Shown: piece by piece, positions 27,895 through 41,850 of the stretch | How the letters are laid out: each line of letters begins with the position of its first letter | How positions within the stretch are numbered: the first letter of the stretch is position 1 | DNA from: Scyliorhinus canicula | Lineage: Eukaryota | Direction of reading: 5' to 3' | Length of the DNA: 64,000 nt | Assembly: GCF_902713615.1 (NCBI RefSeq) | Contig: NC_052154.1 | Span: 92,077,030 to 92,141,029, forward strand | Notes under the pieces: generated by a model | What the model was told of the DNA's origin: nothing | Databases searched by the model: none | Seen by the model: the letters and a program-made list of their open reading frames with translations, nothing else | Translations under genes and position numbers: made by a program

Positions 27895-28260
27895 TACTGA
27901 AGTTGCTAATTTCAACGTGGTAACTGTTCTCAGTAGTGAATATAACCCTGATGTGCTTCTGTTAAAAGGTGTTTTTTAAGTCTTATGGATGTTAAAAGGA
28001 AAGTAAGGATTACTTAGTGTAGTATTCTTTGAGGATCGTATTTGAATTAATGGTTGCTAAGATGTTCACTGTATGTTTTAAAAAGGTTAACTTCAGTTCA
28101 TAGAATATATATTGTTTTCTTTTTTTAAATAGTTTGCCATTACTGCTGTATCACGCCTGTAGAGTTCTCCATGTGCTCCCCATATCACAATCTATTAAAA
28201 GTTGTGGGTCAGGTGAACTCCATGATACACTTTGGGTTCTCAAAACCCTGGCCCATAACA
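27895..28260 (+). repeat. Partial LTR of the Gmr1-like family
   Basis: Ends aaaaccctggcccataaca and is collinear with the 3' half of 30029-30652. Confidence 0.8.
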
Positions 28261-28789
28261 ACATAAATTGTTAATTTTTTATTGTATTGCATGATAAATT
28301 CTAATAAAACATTAAAAACAGGGCTATAAGGTGACAGATTGTGTTTCGGTATAATTCTGCTGCTACTGATGGCCCACAGCGCCTCATGGAAGCCCAGTCT
28401 TAAGTTGCTACACCTGTTCAATTATATCCAAATAGCACCTGGCATTTCATACAACACGATTCAGGTTATCCGTAAAGTAATGTTGGGTCTTTGTCTTCAC
28501 AAGGAGTGAGTGATTGTCACTCCTACTAATTCTTTAAAGGACAACTGCTTCTGCGGGAGCAGGTTGGTGAGGATTAGATTAAATATATTTTCCCTTTCCT
28601 TGCTTCCCTCACAAATTTGACTAACTACTTAAAACTATTTATTATCCGAAGTAGAATAATAACCAAACCAGAGGGCGGAGAACAATATAGTTATCATTTA
28701 ATATTTATAATATAAATCCAGCAATATAGATTATATAGTAATTGTAACTTAATTTAATAAGTATTTATTTGTAATTAACTAATTAGCGC

Positions 28790-29480
28790 TAGAAATGTCA
28801 GTCAGTGGGGAAAAGTGCTTCACTTCTGAGATGTGGGAGATCCGTGATGCTTCCAGCTTTCCAAACATCTACATCTGCAGGTAATGTACCCACTTGCAGA
28901 TTCTTACAGACCTCATAGACCTGTTGCGGCAACAGTTAGATGCACTTAGGAGCACCGAGGTGGCGGAAGGCGCCACAAACAGGAGTTTTAGATACGTGAC
29001 CACACCCAACGTTCTGGCAGATAGATGGGTGACCGGTGAAATGGGCATGCGGTCAGTGCAGGAACACTTTGTATTGTCCCCTTCTCTAACACATATAACA
29101 TTTTGGATACTCTTGGGGGTATTGCCTACCAGGGAACAACAGCAACAGGAGCAAGCACCATGGTGGCTCTGCTGTTCAGCCGGGAGCGTCAAAGTGCAGA
29201 AGCACAGTAGTTATAGGGGACTCTATATTCACAGGCACAGATAGGCACTTATGTCACGTGAAAGACACTGCAGGGTGGTAAATTGCCTCCCTGGTGCCAG
29301 GGTCAATTATGTCTCTGAACGGACACAGAGCATTCGAAATGGGGAGAGTGGAAAGGCAGAAGCCATGGAACATGTTGGTACAAATGACAGAGGTAGTAAC
29401 ACCGTGTTTGGTGGCAAACCTCGCCAAAAGTGGATTTGGAAATGGCCACGTCACTTCCCTTCGCCATACAATCGGACAGG
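28790..29480 (+). mobile_element. Degenerate CR1 ORF1 fragment
   Basis: Reads ICR*CTHLQILTDLIDLLRQQLDALRS and VVNCLPGARV...HVGTND, as in CR1 ORF1 esterases. Confidence 0.7.
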
Positions 29481-29544
29481 GTGGACTGGTCACACGGGAT
29501 GTGAAACCAACAGTTATTGAGGAGTTTCCGATACACTCAAGAAA

Positions 29545-30652
29545 AAGGGAAATAATTTGATTTCTAGGCATGAGTGGATTTTATCGAAAATTTGTGAAAA
29601 TGTTTTGTAGCGTGGTTGCCCCACTGATAGACTTACTGAAGAAACGTCGAAAATTTCAGTGGACAGCGGACTTTCAACAGGCATTTGACTTCCTGAACGC
29701 TGTGATAACCAATGCTCCTGTCCTGGAGAATTACAAGGGACTCTGTGATCAGATTTAACTAAAGTAACTGACGTTAAAGAGAAATGCCGAGGCGTAAAGA
29801 AATGGATGGATAGTGCAGAGAACTTCTTGTTCAAAGAGACTGTCAATCCAGAAGGATTCCAATTAGAGGAAGAAGAACAAAAATGGACTATATTATTATA
29901 CCTGTTTGCGTGTGTTGTTTTTTGAAACGATAAAATAGATTTACTGTGTGCATATTTTAAAGGATAGTGAAAAGGTGAAAAAAGAAACCATCTTGAAGTT
30001 GACGGTTTATTTTTTTCGTGAGGGGAGGTGTCATGTGAGAGTACCTTTAATAAATGGGTGTTTATAAATAGGTGTGTGTATAAAAATATCTGCAGTGAGA
30101 GTACCTTTAAGAAATGGGTCTTTATTACTGCAGTGATGTCAGAGAGTGGGTGGAGCTGGTTTGTCTGTCAGATTTTTTCTTTCGCTTTGGGTTTTTTGCC
30201 GCAGGGTGGGTTAGGTATCATTTTAGTTTTGGAGAAGCTGCAATCACAGCAGGATGTGTGTGAATCTCTGAAAGCTTATGAATGTCCATTTGCTGATTTC
30301 AATGTGGTAACTGTTATCAGTAATGAAGTTAAACCTGAAGTGCTTCTGTTGAAGGTTTTGTTTAGAAGTCTTATGGATGCTAAAAGGAAAGCTTAAAAGA
30401 TTACTTAGTGTTGTAGTCTTTATGGCATGTATTTGGATGAATGGTTGCTAAGATCTTCGCTGCATGTTTTAAACAGGTTAACTTGAGTTCATAGAATAAA
30501 CATTGTTTTGTATTTAAAAATACGTTTCCAGTTCTGCTGTACCACACCTGTAGAGTGGGCTGTGTGCTCCTCATACCTCAATCTATTTAAAGTTGTGGGT
30601 CAGGTGAACTCCATGATACATTTTGGGGTTCTCTAAACCCTGGCCCATAACA
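29545..30652 (+). mobile_element. 3' fragment of a Gmr1-like element (RT connection region, PPT, complete LTR 30029-30652)
   Basis: FLGMSGFYRKFV...VAPLIDLLKKRRKFQW (29570-29758), PPT gaggggagg, then tgtcatgtgagag...ggcccataaca. Confidence 0.88.
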
Positions 30653-30659
30653 GGGGCCA

Positions 30660-32230
30660 GAATCAAATAAGGACATCGTTTTTTTTTAAATAGTAGAAAA
30701 GGGGCAAGGGACGTCAGAATGGGGTTCAGGGTATACTAGCTAGATGGATAAAGAACTGGCTGGGTAACAGGAGACAGAATAGTGGTGGAAGGGAGTGTCT
30801 CAAAATGGAGAAAGGTGACTAGTGGTGTCCATCAGGGATCCGTGCTCGGACCACTATTGTTTGTGATCTACATAAATGATCTGAACGAAGGTATAGGTGG
30901 TCTGATTAGCAAGTTTGCAGATGATACTAAGATTGGTGGAGTTGCAGATAGCGAGGAGGACTGTCACAGAATACAGCAAAATATAGATAGATTGGAGAGT
31001 TGGGCAGAGAAAAGGCAGAGGGAGTTCAATCCAGGAAAATGCGAGGTGATGCATTTTGGAAGATCAAATTCGAGTGCGGACTATACGGTCAATGGAAGAG
31101 TCCTGGGGAAAATTGATGTGCAGAGAAATCTGGGAGTTCAGGTCCATTGTCTGTGTGGAGTCTGCACGTCCTCCCCGTGTGTGCGTGGGTTTCCTCCGGG
31201 TGCTCCGGTTTCCTCCCACAGTCCAAAGATGTGCGGGTTAGGTGGATTGGCCATGCTAAATTGCCCGTAGTGTAAGGTTAATGGGGGGATTGTTGGGTAT
31301 ACGGGTTACGTGGGTTTAAGTGGGGTGATCATTGCTCGGCACAACATCGAGGGCCGAAGGGCCTGTTCTGTGCTGTACTGTTCTATGTTCTATGTTCATT
31401 GTACCCTGAAGGTGGCAACGCAGGTCGATAGAGTGGTCAAGAAGGCATACAGCATGCTTGCCATTGTCGGACGGGGTATTGAGTACAAGAGTCGGCAGGT
31501 CATGTTACAGTTGCATAGGACTTTGGAATACTGCGTGCAGTTCTGGTCGCCACATTAACAGAAGGATGTGGATGCTTTAGAGATGGTGCAGAGGAGGTTC
31601 ACCAGGATGTTGCCTGGTATGGAGGGCACTAGCTATGAAGAAACGTTGAGTAGATGAGGATTGTTTTCAGTGGAAAGACGGAGGTTGAGGGTGGACCTGA
31701 TTGAGGTCTACAAAATTATGAGAGGTCCAGATGACAGTCCAAAGATGTGCGGGTTAGGTGGATTGGCCATGCTAAATTGCCCGTAGTGTAAGGTTAATGG
31801 GGGGATTGTTGGGATACGGGTTACGTGGGTTTAAGTAGGGTGATCATTGTTCGGCACAACATCGAGGGCCGAAGGGCCTGTTCTGTGCTGTACTGTTCTA
31901 TGTTCTATGTTCTAGGTATGGACAGGGTGGATAGCAATAAGCTTTTTCCAAGAGTGGAGGTGTCAATTACAAGGGGTCACGATTTCAAGGTGAGGGGGAA
32001 AGTTTAAGTGAGATATGCGTGGAAAGTTTTTTACTCAGAGGGTGGTGGGTGCCTGGAACGCTTTGCCAGCGGAGGTGGTAGAGGCGAGCACTATAGCATT
32101 ATTTAAGATGCTTCTGGACAGATATATGAACGGCTGGGGAACAGAGGGAAGTAGATCCTTGGAAAATAGGCGACAGGTTTAGATACAGGATCTGGATCGG
32201 CTGTTTCTGTGCTGTAATTTTTTTGTTCAT
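30660..32230 (+). mobile_element. CR1 LINE 3' half interrupted by two truncated HE1-like SINEs (about 31143-31397 and 31734-31913)
   Basis: RT motifs VHQGSVLGPLLF and FADD in 30782-31270. The SINE core and tail split the RT C-terminal region twice. Confidence 0.88.
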
Positions 32231-32239
32231 TGTAACCCC

Positions 32240-33560
32240 TGTTGTGACTCGACACTCCATCTTTCGAAACGAACTTTCCCGGGCCATGCCCTCTGGTCCG
32301 AAAGCAACTCCAGCTCCAAATTCCCTCAGGCTAATACCCCAAGCCGTTCCATCTCCGGTCCCAGCCCCGTCTTTGGTGTGTAACCTTGTATGAAGCACGA
32401 ACGTGCAATTACTGAATTCTAATTTTGGAGTAAATTACAAACAATTCTAGGCAAATCCGTGACTTTATAATTACGAGTGGTCAGGAGGCAGCATTGATAC
32501 TTGTGACACATCTCGTGACCTACATATCTGAACTGTGTGCACTAACCTTTTTTTCCGTAGGACACAACTTTGTAAAAGCAGATTTTAACGTGTTAATCCT
32601 GGCTAACCTCAAAGGCAATGTCCCCTTATTTTACGCACTCTTCAAAGGAACTCTCACCTACGAAATTGCAGAACGTCCAGTTCAATTTGATAACATATTT
32701 CATTAACACCGTGATTAGTCTGTTCCACAAACTCATTATGCTCTAATTGGGGCAGTTGTGCTGCCGTTGATCTAAATAGTGGGGGCAGAACGTGCATTTG
32801 ACTAATAGCTTTCCTGTGATCGATTTCTTCGAGCCCTGAAGAATATTCTTTTCTTGCGAACAGGCGTAGATACATGTGCTGCGACCTTATCACCGGTACT
32901 ACTCCCACTCGTCTCGCTAGGAACAACTCATAGATTTGGACGGAAAAATTTTCTCCCGACTTGATCATTATAGCCTTATCAATTCACCTTTATCAATTTT
33001 TAGCCAGGTGACGACATCCTGCTCCTTCCGAGCACACTTATCCTCGTTTAATTCTGGTTCGAGTCTCTCGTCGCGGAGACCCAGCTGAGCTTTCTTTGTG
33101 TGGCATATGGTGCATGTTGCATCTGCGCGCTGCCCTATCCAAGATCTCGAACTGATGTACTGGAAATTAGTCTCACTTGTCTCTTCAGCCAAAATTGATG
33201 ATATCACATTTGACAACATTATACTCCAGGTCATTTATATATATTATAAAAAGTTGAGACCCCAGCAGTGGTGTGACACACCACTCGGCACATCCTGCCA
33301 ACCATAAGCAGACACACTAATGCTAACTCGCTGTTTCCTGTTACTCGTTCCATGACAATGTGAACCCCACTGCAACAGCTTTTACCGTACGCAATAAAGT
33401 TTTATACGGCACCTTATTAAATGCCTTCTCGAATTATAAGTTCAGTATTTCCATCGGTTCTCCTGTTCCTCCTCCAGAGAACCACAATCAATTGGATAAA
33501 CATATTTTTCCTTAACAAAACCATATTCACTTTGCCTGATTGCCTCGAATATTCAATAGT
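32240..33560 (-). mobile_element. Very old CR1/L2-like RT remnant
   Basis: The minus strand gives INDLEYNVVKCDIINFG, RDLG, PQLEH and LQFRR in the order expected for a CR1 RT C-terminus. Confidence 0.55.
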
Positions 33561-33899
33561 GCACCGCTGTAAAATCTTCAGTAGTAGAATAGAATCATAG
33601 AATCGCCATATTGCAGAAGGAGGTCACTCGGTCCATCAGGTCTGCACCGACCCTTCTATATGAGCACTCTAGCCCATTTCTGCTTCCCCGTCCAATCCCC
33701 TGTGCAGGGCAAATCTCTGAGGGTCCTTAAGGCAGAGATAGATAGGTTCTTGATTCATCAGGGGATCAAGGGCTATGGGGAGAAGGCAGGGGAATGGGGA
33801 TGAGAAAATGTCAGCCATGGTTCAATGGCGGAGCAGACTTGATAGGCCGAGTGGCCTAATTGTGCTCCTATGTCTTATGGTCTCAAGGTCTAATATCCG

Positions 33900-34680
33900 T
33901 GGACATTAAAGGGCAATTTAGCATGGCCAATCTACCAAATCTGCATATCTTTGAACTGTGGGAGGAAAACTGAGCACTCAGATGAAACCCGCACAAACAC
34001 AGGGCGGATGTAAAAACTACACACAGTTAGATGCTGGACTTGAACCAATTCCAGGCGCTATGAGGCAGCAGTGCAAACCAGTGTGTTGCCGTGCCGCCCC
34101 AAATGGCTTTGAACATTTTCTCGATGAGAGATGTTGGGCTAACTGCCTATAGTTTCCTGTTTTCTGTCACACTCCCTTCTTGAATAATAGTATTGCATTT
34201 TCTATCTCCAAATCTAATGGAAACTTTCCTGAAACTAGGGACATTTGAAAAATTAAACCAATGCACCAGCTACCAAATTAGGCACTGTATTCAGAACATT
34301 AGGGCGAAGTCCACTCGCACCAAAGGATTTGTCAGTCCACATACCCACCAGTCTGCTCAGTACCACTTGCGTGGCGATTTTAATTGTCTTGAGGTATAAG
34401 CTTTATTATTGTTACAAGTAGGCTGCCTTTAACACTGCAATGAAGTTACTGTGAAAAGCCCTGAGTCGCCACACTCCAGAGCCTGTTCAGGACACTGAGG
34501 GAGAATTCAGAATATCCAATTCACCGAACAAGCATTTCAGGACTGCGTGAGGAAACCGGAGCATCCAGAGGAAACCCACCCACACACGAGGAGAAGATAC
34601 AGACTCCGCACAGTGACCGAAGCCTGGATTCGAACCCTGGTGCTGTGAAGCAACAGTGCTAACCACTGTGCTACCGTGTT
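33900..34680 (-). mobile_element. SINE remnants (about 33900-34100 and 34400-34680)
   Basis: Reverse-complement tRNA head, V core and tails match the other SINE copies. Confidence 0.7.
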
Positions 34681-34871
34681 CATCCTTCCCACCAAATTTC
34701 TGATTTACAGCTATTTCTGTGATGCTGTTTGGGTCCTCTATAGTGTGACAGATGCCAACTCCTGTTATTTTTTTCTGCCAGAGTCGTATTCCATCGATTC
34801 AATTTCCATAGGATCAATGCTCACTACGTTAACTATTTGCTTTTAAAAATATCTATCGAAACTCTTTCTTT

Positions 34872-35057
34872 GGGGCTGATTTAGCACACTGGGCTAAATC
34901 GCTGGCTTTGAAAGCAGACCAAGGCAGGCCAGCAGCACGGTTAAATTCCTGTACCAGCCTCACCGAACAGGCGCCGGAATGTGGTGACTAGGGGCTTTTC
35001 ACAGTAACTTCATTGAAGCCCACTCGTGACAATAAGTGAATTTCATTTTTTCATTTT
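34872..35057 (+). mobile_element. tRNA-derived SINE with (TTTCA)n tail
   Basis: Near-identical to 24567-24769. Confidence 0.85.
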
Positions 35058-36596
35058 AGTCCTTGTATTACTGGCCAGTTTGTTCTCGTCGTCCATATTT
35101 CCCCTTGCTATCAATATTTTCGCCATTCTTTGATAATCTCTATATTCCAGACAATATTCTGATCTGCCAGTAGCCTTTTTGAGTATATACGCTTTTTCTT
35201 TAAATTGAACACTGTCTTTAACTGTTTCTTCACCACGTATGATAGGCTTTCTTCTTGGACTCAAGTCCAAATCTCTGTCGTCCTGTAGCGATGACTCTGT
35301 AAATGTTTTCAGATCATACGGATTAATTTATTTTTTCAAATTAAGGTGCAATTTAGCGTGTTCAATCCACCGACCTTGCACATCTTTGGGTTGTGGGGGC
35401 GAAACACATGCAAAGACGGAGAGAATTGAAAACTCCATACCGACAGTGACCCAGAGCCGGGGTCGACCCTGGGACCTCGGCGCAGTGAGGCATCAGAGCT
35501 AACTCACTGCACCACGGTACTGCCCTATACAGATTAACTTTTACTTGCCCTATAAATTAATCTGATTTTTTGGAATGCTATGTGCACTCAGATACTTGCT
35601 GGTGTTTTTGCTCAACCCGAACCTGCTGTCATCCTTCCTCAGATTAATCTACATAGTAAAAGGGCATTCCCTTTTCCCTCTAATGTGGGAACATTTAGAG
35701 TGTTCCTCTTTCCAAGTTCTTCCTCAAAATGGATAGTCATGCAAAACTTTACGAGGATGCGGAACACATTACCTAAAAGGGTGCTCCAAACAAATTCTAT
35801 GAGAGACATTTACATAGAGAAGGCGAACCAATATATACATAAATGGCACGAATTCTCTGGACTAAGGGGAGAAATCTGGAACGTGGGTTTAACTCTTGTG
35901 GCCCTTTCAAAGTGGAGCTGATGCTACATAGGGCAAATGTGCCTCTGCGAGTAATTGACCTTGGTAATACATATCATTCGCAGTTGGGAGATCAACCTCC
36001 CGAACTTCAGTTATTAAAATTTTTTATCTGTTCCCAATGTTGTATTATTATTGCTGTTGCCAACTGTTCTCAAAAATTGCTCTACCTGCTCATTCCCATA
36101 ACTATCAATAATGCATCCCTCCACATAAGCCCAGTATTTAGGAACTTAATCTTCTGGCTCAACATATTATCAGCTTCCTGAACAGGACGCTGTAGATTAG
36201 TTAATTTTCTCTCCTCATGACATGCATGTGTTACTGCACTACTGCCAAGTTGTATTACTTAAACGCTCAAGCTATTCTGCTTCCGAAGACATAATTTCAA
36301 ACAGACATCTTATGGCAATACTGTCCTTTTTCTGCACGGGTGAGATATTGACAGAGTAGCATCATCACTGGGCTTGCAATCCAGAGACCCAGGGTAATGG
36401 GCTGGGGACTTGAGTTCAAATTCCGCTATAGCAGTTCGTGAAACTTGAAGTGAACAAAAATCTGGAATCTGGCCATGAAACCATTGTCAATTGTTGTAGA
36501 AACCCATCTGTTTCTCTAAAGCCCTGAGTGAAAGAAATCTGCCATCTTTACCTGGTCAGTCTACAGGTGACTCCAGATCCAGAATAATGTGGTTCG

Positions 36597-37258
36597 AACA
36601 TAGAACAGAGAAAAATACAGCACAGAACAGGCCCTTCAGCCCACGATGTTGTGCCTATTTTTTGTCCCAGATTAAGAACAAATTAATCTACACCCCATCA
36701 TTCTACCGTAATCCATGTTCCTATCGAATAGCCGCTTGAAGGTCCCTAATGTTTCCGACTCAACTAGTTCCACAGGCAGTGCATTCCCACTATTCTCTGG
36801 GTAAATAACCTACCTCTGATCTCCCCCCTGTATCTTCCACCATTCACCTGAAATCTATGTCCTCTTGTAATGGTTTGTTTCACGTGGGGGAAAAGTCTCT
36901 GACTGTCCACTCTATCTATTCCCCTGATCATCTTATAAACCTCTATCAAGTCGCCCTTCATCCTTCTTCGTTCTAATGAGAAAAGGCCTAGTACCCTCAA
37001 CCTTTCCTCGTAAGACCTACTTTCCATTCCAGGCAACATCCTGATAAATCTCCTTTGCACCTTTTCCAAAGCATCCAAATCCTTCCTAAAATGAGGCAAG
37101 CAGAACTGCACACAGTACTCCAAATGTGGCCTTACCAAGGTTTTGTACAGCTTCATCATCACCTCACGGCTATTAAATTCAATCCCTCTGCTAACGAACG
37201 CTAGCACACCATAGGACTTCTTCACAGCTCTATCCACTTGCGTGGGAACTTTCAAAAA
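36597..37258 (-). mobile_element. CR1 LINE 3' fragment
   Basis: ORF 36764-37288 (KTLVRPHLEYCVQF) plus tail. Same subfamily as 986-2520 and 58455-59810. Confidence 0.9.
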
Positions 37259-38899
37259 GTTGACTGTTTTAAAGTTAGAGATTGGCAATAATTGAGGTCC
37301 ATCCAGCGACCGCCAATTCCCATGAACAAATTAGAAACATCAGCAAGTTAAGGCCTATCGGTTGAGTGAATCAGATAAATCAGTTACCTAACATAAATAT
37401 ACCTTGTGTATCTTAGAGAAAGCAATGTCAGGCTGCCATAATCAAATCTCCCAGTAACGCCACGATCAACGTACAATCTAAGCACGTGTTTGTAAAGGGA
37501 AAACACTGGACAATGTAAACCAATGTTAGTTTAAGATACACGATTAAAATAATTGAATTAAAAACAAAAGTTATTGCTAAATCTTGGAGGACGGGCATTT
37601 TTGAAGGAAGACAGTTTCCAAGGCTGTAACCTTGTGTTACTCTGATCCACATTGTGAGATCATGCCAGGCACTTTTAATCGTTTGTAGTTTGATTTAACT
37701 CAATTTATTTATGTAAAACCCACTCTCCAAGAATATAATCAAGGTGATGAGCAAACAAAGTTAAGAGTGAAAATTATTCTGTTCAATGACATTGTATTTT
37801 TCTGAATGAGTTCACAGAGTAATAACATTGCAGATATCACACGGAATCACATTACAGTTCAGTATGGGCAAGGCTGAGGCAGACAGGTTTCTAATCAGTA
37901 AGGGAATCAAAGGTTGTGGGGATAAGGCGGCAAAGTGGAGTTTAGGAATATCAGATCAGTCATGATCTCGTTGAATGGAGCATCAGATTTGATGAACCTT
38001 GCTTCTTCCCCATGTCACATAACCTTAAAGTCTAAAACTATAATCAGTTAATTTACATTTTAGTCACACGCAGCAAATAGATATAAATATCAAAAAGGAA
38101 ACAAATAGCTCCAACATTAAATGACTTTGTGCAACATCAAAGATTGACAGGAATGCCAGTTTCGCTCAATGACCTTTTCTTGGTTGCCAGACCCGTGAAC
38201 AGGATGGTACAGGTCGATCCCCAATGAACATATCAAATGGAGCTTTGGTGAAAAAACAATATAATGACTCAACCCACTTTATCAAGCGAGATAAACAACG
38301 TTATTGTTACGTGGAATCTTCTTGCAGATTGCATGTACGTTTCCCAGTAGGCAGTGCAAATGTTTCAGTCTTGACATTTGTTCATGAGAAAGAAATTACA
38401 TGTCCAGCTTCACAAGTTAATCAAAAGACTCACTTGTCCTCACCAAGTAATAAATCAACTAAAATAAAGAAATAAACAATGTTTAGTATATTAAATAGCG
38501 TGAATTATTTTGTTTTTAACCACTGCTTCATGTATTTCCCTTTTCTGAAACTGACTGCATTTCCGTGAATAACTTTAACATTATCAGTCACATTTACATT
38601 GTCATATTACATCTCAAGCTCGCTTTAGTTATCAATGCATGTTGCAGAAGTAAAAGATTTAATTTTTCAAGTACACAATATGCAATCTGTAAAAAAAGAA
38701 CCGATTGCCTCATGAAATATAAGTTAAATAGTATCTATAAGTATTGCAGATAATTTGCACGAAAGGAATTAACTTTAAATACCTATAGTCCCTATCTATA
38801 ACTGATACATATATTATGACGATGAAATATTCAGAAACAGGGGAATTCATAACAGGGAAACAAATAAATGGCTGAGCAACAAATATTATCTTCACAAAG

Positions 38900-40530
38900 G
38901 AAGAGATTAATAATATGCTGGAAGTTCTGAAAAACACAAGTATCAGTAAGGCGCTGTAGGAAATAAGTATTGGCAAATAAATAGTTTTGAGGAAATTAAT
39001 GAGATTAAAGGCGGGAAAATCTCTAGGACCTGATAATCCTCAACCCCGAATGCGAAAGGAAGTGGCCTTAGAAATATTAGAGCCATTGGTCGTCATTTTC
39101 CAAAATTCATTGGACTCTGGAACATTCTGACAGGTTTCAGGGTAGCTAAAGTAAACATCGATATGCAAGAAGGGAGATAGAGAGAAAACAGGGAGTTCTA
39201 GACTAGTGAGCCGAACGTTGGTACTAGGCAAGTCGCTGGAGTCCATTCTCAAGGATTTCCGAGCACAGCATTTGGAATGCAATGGTGTATATGTGCGAAG
39301 TCAGCATTAATTTGCGAAAGAAAAATCATGCTTGAAAAATCTACTGGAATGTTTTGAAGATGCAACTAGTAGGGTTGACCAGGGAGAACCGATGGATATG
39401 GTTTATTTAGACTTTCAGAATTCTTTCAACAAGCTATCACATTGTGGATTAATATTTTAATGCTTGGGATTACGGATAGTGTCTTCCGATGGATAGAAAA
39501 CTGGGTAGGGGACAGAAAGAAAACAGTTGAAACAAATTAGGCTTTTCCTGATTGGCAGGCAATGACTAATGGTGTACTGCAAGGGTCTGTGCCAGGACCC
39601 CAACTGTTCACATAATATATTAATGATGTGGACGAACTAAATGTATTTTCTCCGAATTTTCAGTTAATACAAAGTTTAATGGGGGTGGGGGGGGGGGGGG
39701 GTGAGCTGTGAGTAGGATGCATAGATGCCTCAGTGGGATTTGGATACGCTGGGTAAGTGGGCATATGCATAGCAGAAGCAGTATGATGTCGACAAATGTG
39801 AGGTTATCCACTTCGGTAGCAGGTACAGAGTGGCAGATTATGGTTTGAGTGGGTGTAAATTGAGAGAGGTGGATACTCAGAGTACCTGGATACTTGGTGT
39901 CCTCCTGCATTGGCCACTGGAATTCAGCGTGCAGGTACAGCAAATAGTATGTTCGCCTTCATGGAAATATATAAGCATAGAAACATAGAAAATAAAGGCA
40001 GGAGCAAGCCTCTCGGCTCTTCAAGCCTGTTCTACCATTCATTATGATCGTGGCTGATCATCACGGTCAAGACCCTGACACCGCCCCCCCCCCCCCCCAT
40101 CCCTTGATCGCATTAGCCTCAAGAGCTATATCCAATTCTGTCTTGAAATTACACAACGTTTTGGCCTCAACTACGTTCTGTGGTAGCCAATTTCACCACT
40201 TTCTGGGTGAATAAATTTCTCCTCATCTCAGTCCTAAAATATTTACCCCTTATCCTCAAACTATGACCCCAATACTGGACTTCACCTCTCACTCTTCCCA
40301 GCTCCAATGCATATATTCCGAATGCACACAGTCACCCCTCATATGACAGTCCCGCCATCTGAGGAATCAGCCGGGTAAACCTTTGCGGTACTCCCTCCAT
40401 AACAAGAACATCATTCCTCAGATGACTGCATAAATATTGCACACAATACTCCGGATGTGGCCTCACCAATGCCCTATACAATTGCAGCAAACATATCTAT
40501 TCCAATACTCAAATCCTCTCGCAATTAATT
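38900..40530. mobile_element. Degenerate CR1 fragments in both orientations (+ about 38900-39960, - about 39980-40500)
   Basis: Residual RT DNA motifs (ttagactttcagaa, tactgcaagggtctgtgcc) and a CR1 3' UTR. Confidence 0.6.
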
Positions 40531-40532
40531 TA

Positions 40533-40712
40533 GAACATAGAACATAGAACAGTACAGCACAGAACAGGCCCTTCGGCCCTCGATGTTGTGCCGAGCAATG
40601 ATCACCCTACTTAACCCACGTAACCGGTATACCCGTAACCCAACAATCCCCCCATTAACCTTACACTACGGGCAATTTAGCATGGCCAATCCACCTAACC
40701 CGCACATCTTTG
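40533..40712 (-). mobile_element. 5'-truncated HE1-like SINE
   Basis: Reverse complement of caaagatgtgcggg...ttctatgttctatgttct. Confidence 0.88.
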
Positions 40713-41184
40713 TTCTTTGATATATCTCTTGGGCCTAAAGGGATCAAGAGTTATGGGGGTAAAGCCGAATCAGGGTATTGAATTTGATGATCAGCCATGA
40801 TCATAATGAATGGTAGAGCAGGCTCGAAGGGCCGAATCGTCTCCTCCTGCTTTCATTTTCCATGTTTCGATGAATCTAAACAGAAGCTGTACAAATGCTG
40901 GATGATCAAATAATGCCTTGCATCTTCCTGATTCAATTAGTTAGAAAAGCATGCACACCATTTGCCTTTCCTGAGTATACTGTAGTTCGGCTTTGTTTTT
41001 AAGAAGTTATGAACCTAATTAAAAGTTTGCAAATTGTACAGCTGGACGATGTTAAATTGTTTTCCAAACATTTTGGAATATTACAGCAATTTTCACCTGT
41101 CCTCATATAGTTCCACATTCTTCCCATAACTAGGTATGTATGGATCTATTTTACTATCATGCTGTGATAAGTATTTCACAATTA

Positions 41185-41845
41185 ATGGGCAGCACGGTGA
41201 TGCAGCGGATAGCACTCTTGCGCCGAAGACCAGGGTTGGATCCCCGACTCGGATCACTGTCCGTGTTGAGTTTGCACATTTTCACTGTCTCCTTGTGTCT
41301 CACCGCCACAACCCAAAGATGTGCATTGTGGGTGGATTGGAGGTGCTAAATTGTCCCTTAGATTTCACAACTAATATGAATTTCGTCTGGATGATAATAG
41401 GAAATTATCTGATTCTTCAGTGAAATTTGGATTGGAAGCTTCTCCTTTAATAAGTAGCCACAAACAAACAATCTTTGAGGATTATTGTACGCAATAACAC
41501 TTTAAATGGGCTTCTGTTTAAAATTGTTTTACAAAGCAAATGTATGTTTAATTTTCAAACTGCAATATAAAAAGTGGTTAGCACTGTTGCTTCACAGCGC
41601 CAGGGTGCCAGGTTTGATTCCTGACTTGGGTCACTGTCACTGCAGAGTCCGTGACTGTGTGTGGTTCCACCGGGTGGTCTGGTTTCATCCCACAAGTTCT
41701 GAAAGATGTGCTGTTAGGTAATTTGGACAGTCTGAATTCTCCCTCTGTGCACCCGAACAGGTACCGGAGTGTGGCGACTATGGGCTTTTCACAGTAACTT
41801 CAATGCAGTGTTGCAGCCTACTTGTGACAATAAAAATTATATTTT
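41185..41845 (+). mobile_element. Two SINE remnants (about 41185-41360 and 41560-41845)
   Basis: gggcagcacggt head with V core; the second copy has the ATT-family tail. Confidence 0.7.
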
Positions 41846-41850
41846 TTTAC

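Larger units (their letters stand above)
21556..27895 (-). mobile_element. Originally full-length CR1 LINE (5' UTR, ORF1 esterase, ORF2), degenerate, with nested insertions
   Basis: ORF1 pieces at 27094-27381 (CxxC/leucine-zipper-like) and 26858-27133 (GNSIVRG, SGNH esterase-like). APE start at 25992-26234, continuing at 23747-24000. RT at 21813-22910 has its core deleted. Closely related to 9551-12523. Confidence 0.88.

Noticed and set aside
32099-33234. Three consecutive minus-strand ORFs that looked like a host coding exon or cytoplasmic domain
   Set aside because: Translation shows ordered CR1 RT C-terminal remnants (INDL, KCDIINFG, RDLG, PQLEH, LQFRR), so it is an old LINE.
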